A stretch of 63,339 nucleotides of DNA, counting the filler, from Stramenopiles sp. TOSAG23-2 (lineage: Eukaryota): NCBI GenBank assembly GCA_900128395.1. It is 9 parts of 9 records of this genome, joined end to end, with 100 filler letters (N's around TTAATTAATTAA, not from the genome) between each part and the next. Parts side by side here need not be neighbours in the genome. Positions count along the whole stretch, not along the records: positions 53,658 to 55,189 come from LT652734.1; positions 55,290 to 56,821 come from LT652735.1; positions 56,922 to 58,452 come from LT652736.1; positions 58,553 to 60,082 come from LT652737.1; positions 60,183 to 61,711 come from LT652738.1; positions 61,812 to 63,339 come from LT652739.1; 3 more parts are not named here. One strand, written 5' to 3'. Positions within the stretch are counted from its first letter, which is position 1; each line of letters opens with the position of its first letter. Shown here piece after piece: positions 55,040 to 63,339 of the stretch. The notes under the pieces were generated by a model, which saw nothing but the letters and a program-made list of their open reading frames with translations, ran no database searches and was not told where the DNA came from. Position numbers and translations under genes: made by a program.

Positions 55040-55765
55040 ATAGAGAGGAGAGAGAGAGTATATTATTATGTGAGATATTTGTGATTAGTATACGAACACC
55101 ATGCCAGCAGCCAGCATGAACACACGATACCAGGTTAAGGTAATAAAAAAAATAAAAAAAAAAAAATCAGAAAAAATTAAAAAAAAATTNNNNNNNNNNN
55201 NNNNNNNNNNNNNNNNNNNNNNNNNNNNNNNNNTTAATTAATTAANNNNNNNNNNNNNNNNNNNNNNNNNNNNNNNNNNNNNNNNNNNNTGTATTGTGTG
55301 CGTGTAATTCACTGTTTCAATAAATACTACTAATATATATGTATCCCTAAATTATCTCTTGATCTTTTTTTCATTTGATGGAAATCTTTCTCCATATATA
55401 TTTTCTATATGTATCACATGTATATCATCATTACACATGAATATCTATAAATCTAATATAAAAATTGACAGTTAAATTCATTAAAAAGAGAGTTTATTTT
55501 GCGCCGTTTACTAACGTTTACCTGGAAGATGGTACTGTATAGGTATAGCAGCTACCTAGTAGACGACTAAGTAATCTTTTTGATACAGTAGGTAAGCCGT
55601 CTAGCATAGCTTTATTATTAATATAATGCTATTTACCTCACATACTTCCCAGCTTTTTTTTCAACATACACACGTTATAAAAGTTACACAATTTTTTTTG
55701 AAGTTTTTTTGAAGATAGCAAGCGTTATGTGCTTATTACGAATATGATTTATTATAAATGAACCC

Positions 55766-55945
55766 AAATGGAAATGAAAAGCAACAGATACAAATAGTCA
55801 ATAGAATATATACTGTATGTATTATATATTTAATAAATAGATACCACTATACAATAAATGGAAATGAAAAGCAACAGATACAAATAGTCAATAGAATATA
55901 TACTGTATGTATTATATATTTAATAAATAGATACCACTATACAAT
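55766..55945. repeat. Exact 90-bp tandem duplication upstream of ARMC9
   Basis: aaatggaaatgaaaagc...ccactatacaat at 55766 and again at 55856. Confidence 0.9.
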
Positions 55946-56012
55946 ATAGATAAATACGAATATTGATACATACGTATTGCATATATATATATATATATAT
56001 ATATATACAACC

Positions 56013-56821
56013 ATGGAAACACCATTAAAAGTCGATACGACACAATTGGAAAATAACGAGCCAGTTAATACGGAGCCGCGGACAACATTATTGACAAAAG
56101 AAGAACTTATGCAACAAGATTTAGAAAACGATGGTTTTGTTAATAACGATGATGGTGATATAAATAAAAAACCAGTTGTAAAAAATATACATGACGATGT
56201 TGCAGAATGGATACAAGAATATTTTCAATTTCAAGGTTATGCTATGACGTTGGATTGTTTTCAAGCTGAATTTTTAAGTAAAAAATATTCCGTAAATGTA
56301 GAAAATGCAGTTAACGGCACTGATTTTGCTGGTTTAGCTAATAATAGAAAAAGAAAAATTGAAAAGATTATGAGATTTTTTGATGAAGGAAATGCAAAAT
56401 CATTTGTACATGAATGGAACAGTAGCGTTCCATTACACGTTAGAGAAGCAGAAACGGATGCTAGGAAAGCATTTTTCATGTCACAAGTATATTTTTTAGT
56501 ATGTGCATACAAAGAATCAGCTGCTGCTATTCAAAGTGGTAAAACTTTTTCACCTAGAAAAACAAAAAGTTCTCCACATAGCTAATAATAGAAAAAGAAA
56601 AATTGAAAAGATTATGAGATTTTTTGATGAAGGCAACGCAAAATCATTTGTACATGAATGGAACAGTAGCGTTCCATTACACGTCAGAGAAGCAGAAACA
56701 GATGCTAGAAAAGCATTTTTTATGTCACAAGTATATTTTTTAGTATGTGCATACAAAGAATCAGCAGCTGCTATTCAAAGTGGTAAAACTTTTTCACCTA
56801 GAAAAACAAAAAGTTCTCCAC
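56013..56821 (+). CDS. ARMC9: LisH-domain ciliary protein ARMC9, N-terminal part (truncated; last ~240 bp duplicated)
   Basis: LisH EWIQEYFQFQGYAMTLDCFQAEF, then FDEGNAKSFVHEWNSSVPLHVRE...ARKAFFMSQVYFLV, matching the ARMC9 N-terminal pattern. Confidence 0.75.
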
Positions 56822-56921
56822 NNNNNNNNNNNNNNNNNNNNNNNNNNNNNNNNNNNNNNNNNNNNTTAATTAATTAANNNNNNNNNNNNNNNNNNNNNNN
56901 NNNNNNNNNNNNNNNNNNNNN

Positions 56922-57454
56922 ATACTGGAATCAGGCCATGGAATATTCAAAATCGTAAAAGTCGAAAAGATGGTGAATATTATAATAAAATGTGGAACGA
57001 TGCAATTGCATGTAAACCAGATGCTATATCAATCACATCGTACAATGAATGGGGTGAAGGAACACAAATTGAACCAGCTGTTTCTAAAACAATTGAAAAA
57101 GAACATATTAATGTTGTCAATCCACATTCCATGAAACGCAATCAAGGTTCATTTCGTAAATATGAAGATTATGGTATTCATGGGCCAAGTTATTACATTG
57201 ATATGACACGAACATTTAGTAAAAGATTTGCGAATCGAATGAAAANNNNNNNNNNNNNNNNNNNNNNNNNNNNNNNNNNNNNNNNNNNNNNNNNNNNNNN
57301 NNNNNNNNNNNNNNNNNNNNNNNNNNNNNNNNNNNNNNNNNNNNNNNNNNNNNNNNNNNNAACATTTAGTAAAAAATTTGTGAATCGAATGAAAAAAATG
57401 AAGCAAAAAACACCACTACTGGAAAGGCATCATAATCCTAAATTAGAGTTGTAA
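56922..57454 (+). CDS. MANEA: Glycoside hydrolase family 99 endo-alpha-mannosidase, C-terminal fragment
   Basis: Frame open from the scaffold start: TGIRPWN.QN...R..GEYY...ISITSYNEWGEGTQIEPA, containing the GH99 catalytic ExxE motif. Confidence 0.88.
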
Positions 57455-57748
57455 GAGAGAGAGAGAGAGAGGGTGTATATATATAACATGACCCTGAGTA
57501 TTTGAATATAAAATTCATTAAATGTATATGTATATCATGCATATAATGGGAACTAAAATTCGTTTTGTCTTGTTTTTTTAATTTTTTTTATTTTTCGAAA
57601 CCCGTGTGCGTATTTTTTTTTCGAGGAATGTGTTTGGTGTGTATCTGTTGCTCTGTAGAGTGTAAAATCGTCTAAAAAAAAAGGGGGGGGATATAAAATG
57701 TTTTATAAACGGGAGAGATTCTTTTCTTTTTTAAATTTAATTGTATTG

Positions 57749-57753
57749 AAAAA
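57749..57753 (-). terminator. Putative RNA polymerase III oligo-T terminator of the RNase MRP gene
   Basis: TTTTT on the minus strand 4 nt after the 3' strand of P1. Confidence 0.55.
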
Positions 57754-57757
57754 TTGG

Positions 57758-58069
57758 AGTGTTGATAAACACTGATAGATAAGCCCCGTTCTGTTGACGA
57801 CAGCTACATATTATATAAATACAATACATAGCTGCCGTTAAGGGTATAACTTTGCTATGACGAACTCATTTAAAAAGCGTACAAGACCAGGGCTCAGACC
57901 ATAAATGCCTTCATCGCCACGACGGTGTTTGCTAATTAAAAGGTTACCTTTACGGTTGGCACTCTCTGCCACATTGTCCGGGGACTTTCCCCAAGCCCAA
58001 CAACTATATATAAATATATTGGTTGTAAATTACGGCTCGAAACCCTTCCTATTAATGAATAACAACACT
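57758..58069 (-). ncRNA. RMRP: RNase MRP RNA (~312 nt)
   Basis: Minus strand shows CR-I GGGGAAAGUCCCCGGAC (57992-57976), P8 GGCAGAGAGUGCC with a GARAR loop (57970-57958), and CR-V AACAGAACGGGGCUUA (57795-57780) pairing with CR-I as P4. Terminal P1 is AGUGUUG/CAACACU; P2 is AAGGGU/ACCCUU; P3 and P19 hairpins are present. A T5 run follows at 57753-57749. Confidence 0.93.
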
Positions 58070-59115
58070 GAGAAGGGAAAAGGAATCAAGTTAAGATCGG
58101 TATCTTACTCACATATTATATCTATTATATATATCTATTTATCCACTTGCCATTCATTTTTTTAAAAAAAAAAGAAGAAGAAGAAATATCGCTCGTCGCT
58201 CCTCTATGCCTCTTCTCTATCAAATGACCACAATAATTTATATACTATTATTATACTTGAAAGTTTGCCCCCCGACCTGCACTATTTAAAACGATACACT
58301 ATTGATTTTTTTAAAATATAGCATGTGTTTCCACCGAAAACGTTTTACCTTAAATACAAAAATACAAAATACTCTCGATTTTTCTATTTTCTCTATCAAA
58401 TGACATTAATTTATACTTCTAGAAAGCGGAAATTAGTAGTATTAATATATATNNNNNNNNNNNNNNNNNNNNNNNNNNNNNNNNNNNNNNNNNNNNTTAA
58501 TTAATTAANNNNNNNNNNNNNNNNNNNNNNNNNNNNNNNNNNNNNNNNNNNNATTTGGTACTAAATCTAAAAATCAGCACTTCCTGTGCAAATATTGTAG
58601 AAGAATGCTCTTTATTTTCTTTTACTGTACAGTATAATACCAGGTATTATTAATACAGTTTTTTTAGTTTGTTCTTCTTTGCCTGGTTTGCATGCGCAAC
58701 ATGCCTTTTTTTATTATAGAAGATAATAATATAAATAGTATAGTATTATATATATATACAGTAGGAATGCACGAATGGTATTTACAATTTATAATTGATA
58801 ATAGATGTATATAACTTGTACACATCCAAAACGAAGAAATTCAAATCAGAAAAAGTACAACACATAGTCTAAGATATAAAAGATAGTTATTATTGTATAT
58901 ATTATATATTATAGGTTTCGAATCGAATATATAGGTATATTATATAATTGCAGTGATATTTGATATTTATATCAATATTTATTTATTTACAATTAGAACA
59001 ATAGTAATATCAATACCATAAATCGTATTATTTATAAATATTTATTTATTTACAATACCAAAAATAGGAGATATTTTCTTTTGCAACAGCACTGACAACA
59101 ACAACAACAATAACA

Positions 59116-60082
59116 ATGGATAATGAAAATCACTTAAAAAAATTATTAAAACAATATAATTTGGAAAAATTTTATACAAAACTCGAAGAAGAAGGTTATG
59201 ATTGCCTTGAAGATGTATGCGATATTAATGATGCTGAACTAAAAGGATATGGCTTTAAAGCTGGGCATATCAAAAAGTTTCATCGTGCCATATCAGAAAA
59301 CATGGAATCCGCAAATCGTAGTAATAGCATAGATAGTGCACCTTCCATCACGCCATCTGCTTCAGTAAAGAAAGCCCCGGCACCACCAAGTCGAATGAGA
59401 AGGAGTTCAAGTATCCAAGCAGGCAAATATACTATTAGTCTATATGATAACGAGAAGAAATCAAGTGGGAAAACCATTATAAGAAGATGTACCAAGAAAG
59501 GGAAATCAAAGGGTTACGTAGCAAAAATAGGGGGGAAAGGAGATACGTCGTTACAACTGGAAAGAAACGTTCTCGAATTTCTTTCGGAACAAGAGGGCCA
59601 TGATGGTTTTATTGTTTCTTATGAAGAGTGGGAGGATGACTGTGTATCTGAAAATGGAGAACCAACTGGTAATAGTGCCTTAATTATGGAATTGGGTGAA
59701 GGATTGGATGATGATACCGGGAATTTATCAGAACAAATTAAATCATATTTTAACAGTTGGAACTATTCTCGTAAATTGGATATTGCAGAACAATTGTTGA
59801 AATGTTTTAAATTTATACATAAATTTGGTATTGTACACAGTGATGTCAAACGTAAGTTTTAATCTGTTAAAACGATGAGGATATTTATTTTCACTTTCTT
59901 TCCTGATAATAAAATACTAATAACTAGTTATTAAAAGGATATTCTAACATTTTAACTACTTGAACATACACAATCTAGCTGGCAATTTTGTTACGTTTAA
60001 AGTAAAAGGTACAACTCAATTCAAAGCAATTGATTTCGATTCGTGTTTTATTGATGAAGAAATAGCAGGAAATTTAACGATG
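59116..60082 (+). CDS. SAM-domain protein kinase, 3'-truncated; exons 59116-59851 and 59979-60082+
   Basis: SAM LKQYNLEKFYTKLEEEGYDCLEDV...GFKAGHIKKF; YVAK. Intron 59852-59978 (GTAAGT...CTAAC...CTAG) restores VHSDVKPGNFV...FKAIDFDS. Confidence 0.85.
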
Positions 60083-60522
60083 NNNNNNNNNNNNNNNNNN
60101 NNNNNNNNNNNNNNNNNNNNNNNNNNTTAATTAATTAANNNNNNNNNNNNNNNNNNNNNNNNNNNNNNNNNNNNNNNNNNNNAGTTGATCTGATATGTAG
60201 TACTGTATTTCTTCTTGCATCTATGTTTCTTTTGTATCTAATCTCTCTCTCTCTCCTCTTATCTATTGATGCATTATTATTGAAATTATTTTCTGGTAAA
60301 TTGGTTGGTTTTCCTTGAAATTAAGGACAACAAGAGGGACCGCCTCTGCGCGCGCGCATGCAAGATTTTATGTACTCTTTAACTATATATTAAAAGCCTA
60401 TCATAAAAACACATGCGTAATTATTTTAGGATTATATATAATATTATACGAAGCCGTGCATAACACTTATTTTCAGATTAGGACACCACAATCTCAATTT
60501 ACACCACACACACACACACACA

Positions 60523-61167
60523 CTACGAATATTTCTGTTTCAAAATATCAGCAACTTTCACTCCTTTTCTAGCGTATTTCGTTTTACAAACAAAACATTT
60601 CCAATCGAAGACATCTTCACCAAATTTTTTTAAACATTTTGTTTTTAAATTTCGCATTGTGCAACGTTTACATGTCCAATCCACTTGGGGTGGTCTATAT
60701 TCTCTATGTGAACATTGTTCTTTCAAATGATATTCTAAATCTTCAAAACGCATGGTTTCTCTACATTCATTTGGACATGAAACAAATCGAAGATGGCAAT
60801 CGTTTTTTTCATGTAATTTACGTTTAATGTCACTTATTTGCAAACCACATCCAAGACTACAAAAAACGATGCGTTGCCTACATTGCCATTTTTCATGATA
60901 TTCAAGATCCTCCGCCAACGCTTCACAATTACTACCAGGTTCTCCAACGATAAATACAAGCCGCAATTTATCTTTCCACGCTATTAATGGATCTTTAGGT
61001 GTGTATGCTGGTTCTGTTTTTACGTTTTGTGTTTTTTTCTTTGGTATTGGTGGAACAGGTTTTGTTGCATTAATTATAAACGATTTTTTCAAGGATTTTA
61101 ATTTATCAGATTTTGGAACTTTATTCATTTGTTGCAATAGCAACTGAAATTCCTCATCTTCATCCAT
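60523..61167 (-). CDS. TRAF-type zinc-finger protein with RanBP2-like C-terminal finger
   Basis: H....C..RIVFCSLGC...H....C..RFVSCPNEC...H....C repeats; DWTCKRCTMRN...CFVC. Confidence 0.7.
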   Translation of the reverse strand: MDEDEEFQLLLQQMNKVPKSDKLKSLKKSFIINATKPVPPIPKKKTQNVKTEPAYTPKDPLIAWKDKLRLVFIVGEPGSNCEALAEDLEYHEKWQCRQRIVFCSLGCGLQISDIKRKLHEKNDCHLRFVSCPNECRETMRFEDLEYHLKEQCSHREYRPPQVDWTCKRCTMRNLKTKCLKKFGEDVFDWKCFVCKTKYARKGVKVADILKQKYS

Positions 61168-61811
61168 TAGTATTTGATGTTAATGTAGACTATCTGGGAT
61201 TATATGCATGTGTGTGTTTGTTAATTTATATTTATGTGTATGTCAGAGTTGTCTGCAATGTATGTATGGATATTATTAATATATGTACATATTGTATTTA
61301 ATATATGAATATATGTACAGGTTATTGCTACAAGTATACTCTGATATTATTAGCTCGCCTTAGGCAGAGTTTTAAAAGATGGCGATGTGATGGCGATATT
61401 TTGCCTTAAAAAAATCAATAACATTTCAGGAATTTTATCATATTAAAATAATCATCAAATAATTTTATGAAAATAATAAATAATTGAATAATATCGGATA
61501 TTATTCTTACTATTCCACTCTAAATAATCAGTTCGGTAACTTAAAATTTCTAAACCCTAAAATATAATATGGCGGATTTCACGGCTGTTTTTGATGTGGT
61601 GATGCATCATCATCGAACACCCAAAAACAACTGGCAAAATGTATATGGATATAACAAAAAAAAAATAGATGATAATCAAAAACATCGATACATATTGTAA
61701 CATAACATAACNNNNNNNNNNNNNNNNNNNNNNNNNNNNNNNNNNNNNNNNNNNNTTAATTAATTAANNNNNNNNNNNNNNNNNNNNNNNNNNNNNNNNN
61801 NNNNNNNNNNN

Positions 61812-62881
61812 ATAATCCAACTGTAACTAAATGTACAAATGATGGTGATCCATATTTAGTAAGTGGTTGTACTAAAATGACTGTAACCAATGGACCAGTC
61901 ACAACATCTCCAACATTAACTCGTACAACTTTACCCCCTGCTGAAGCAATTGAAACCCTTGTTGTAGAACAAAAAATTGAATTTCGTGGGATAACGAAAA
62001 AAGAAATGGAAGATAATAAAAAAAATATGGAAAGAGCATTGGCAAAATCATTAGGAGTACAAGCGGACAAAGTTACAATTGTCAATATTATTGAAGTGCA
62101 GAAAAGACGAAGATATTTACTTGGGTCAAATACTATTGTCAAAATTATTTATGAAGTAGAAGTTGATGACAATATTGAAGCAAAGGAAATTGAAGCAAAC
62201 ATGAAAACAGATACATTTAAATCCACTCTTGAAACGAATGTTGAAGAAGAGTCACCAAGTGTAAATGCTGTCATAGAAAATGTAAATGAGCCTAATATTA
62301 AAACGAAATACACAAAATCTGGAAATGTGAATGCAGTTCGTAGCTATGGTGATGATGAAGCCAACGACCATGCAACAGGTGGTAATGACAATGAGGAAGC
62401 AAACTCAAAAAACATCTCATCAGTAAGTGCCATAATTGTTTCCTTGCTGTTCGTTGTAGCATTATCATATGGTGGATTTGTGGTATATAAACGAATATTC
62501 AAAAAGCCAAAAGATGATTTTAAAAATAATATCAAGTTACAAAATAGAAATACATGGGATATGAACGCTATTGAACTGAAACAACGTAATAAACCAAAAG
62601 ACAACAATGACAGTGACAATAGTGAAAAAACTAAAAATAATAATACGTTTCACTTAAACCCAATTCGCGAATCAGCAATTGGTTTTGCTATTGAAGATCA
62701 ACTGCCCAAACCAAGTTTAAATAAAAATTCAAAACCAAACCGTCGTTCTATAATGACAATTGATAATGAAAATGAATGGATTGAATATATTGATGAAACC
62801 ATGGGTAAGCCTTATTATCACAATGTGACAACAGGAGAAACAACTTGGGAGGCACCAGATGTGTTATTTCAAAAGGCATAA
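61812..62881 (+). CDS. Single-pass surface protein C-terminus: SEA-like juxtamembrane domain with RRRxLL, TM, and cytoplasmic WW domain (5'-truncated)
   Basis: Frame open from the scaffold start; ALAKSLGVQADKVTIVNI..KRRRYLL; TM IIVSLLFVVALSYGGFVVY; WW WIEYIDETMGKPYYHNVTTGETTWEAP. Confidence 0.8.
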
Positions 62882-63171
62882 GAATTCATCTGTATTTTAC
62901 CTTCATCGCGGTATTCGCACCTAATGCGAGTAATAAAATTAAATGATTATTTAATATTATGCGTATAAACTTTATATTATGTCTTATATATTTAAAATAT
63001 ATATATGTAATATCTCGAACACTGGAAGATGGACCTTAAACGTCTTGCCTTTCGGTTGCCCCATCTTAAAGCCACTGCGTGGCCTATTTCTTTCGATTAT
63101 TTACCGCTCCATCATTTCGACTTCCTTACGTATTCACCAACCTTTTTTTAAACCATAAACAACATCGAATT

Positions 63172-63339
63172 TCACACCCAGGCACTTTTAGGTACTAAAT
63201 ATCATAGTGTTAGCAGCCAACGAAAAAATAAATAGGCAAATCATACTAAAAACGCTCACACACTACACCATCTTTAGTACTGTAACTGCCGTAAAGATCA
63301 GGACTGGTAGGAGGCGATAGCATGGTATGCTTTTTAAGC
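63172..63339 (-). CDS. Possible 3' end of a gene cut by the scaffold end
   Basis: Open frame LKKHTMLSPPTSPDLYGSYSTKDGVV, a candidate intron 63259-63195 (GTGAGC...GCTAAC...TTAG), then LPKSAWV-stop. The frame after the intron is ambiguous. Confidence 0.3.

Noticed and set aside
57905-58165. 86-aa ORF on the plus strand
   Set aside because: It is antisense to the RNase MRP RNA and has no protein features.
61552-61562. AAACCCTAA telo-box-like words (also ~23768 and ~37111)
   Set aside because: Single isolated copies expected by chance in AT-rich DNA; no telomeric array.
63020-63082. AAGATGG/CCATCTT stem with a CC-GAAA-GG tetraloop on the minus strand, considered as a ribozyme or riboswitch
   Set aside because: Lacks the core motifs of hammerhead, HDV or known riboswitch families, and may simply be coding or UTR sequence.
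1-63339. Alternative genetic code, stop-codon readthrough, tRNA/rRNA genes, CRISPR or prokaryotic operons
   Set aside because: Conserved genes translate cleanly in the standard code. ORF breaks are explained by GT-AG introns, gaps or the duplicated ARMC9 segment, apart from the one at ~2900. No tRNA, rRNA or spacer-repeat pattern was seen.

Overview
AT-rich eukaryotic (protist) DNA in the standard genetic code, gene-dense and intron-poor, with short GT-AG introns of about 75-160 nt. Gene content (ARMC9, a GH99 endomannosidase, a SAM kinase with DFD in place of DFG, RRRLL-motif surface proteins) suggests a flagellated protist, probably a stramenopile; this is inference only. The window is not one locus. 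It is nine scaffolds joined by 100-nt N-TTAATTAATTAA-N linkers in descending size order (25938, 25886, 1533, 1532, 1532, 1531, 1530, 1529, 1528 nt), so adjacency across linkers means nothing. About 30 protein genes are supportable, including UBA3, RPL29, an OSR1/SPAK-type kinase, TRM5, a TLC protein, a RING-H2 ligase, a GMC oxidoreductase, a Kelch protein, INCENP, a MYND protein, a carotenoid oxygenase, an XK-type scramblase, an RluA-type pseudouridine synthase, a DRAM/Frag1 protein, ARMC9 and GH99. Features not in the ORF track are a clear RNase MRP RNA gene (57758-58069, minus), a TA-flanked Tc1/mariner-like non-autonomous element (23718-25053), and an unexplained cluster of nested hairpins (46564-46907). 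The most interesting proteins are a cytidine-deaminase-like domain with all three zinc Cys replaced by Ser and fused to SAM, EF-hand, RS-rich and 3x Tudor modules; a UBA-FYRN/FYRC-U-box protein; and an INCENP carrying SAP and IQ modules. Intergenic DNA appears polarised: CCWGG/CWG/AGCT motifs upstream of genes, and CpG-dense TACG/CGTA and ATCAT motifs downstream.
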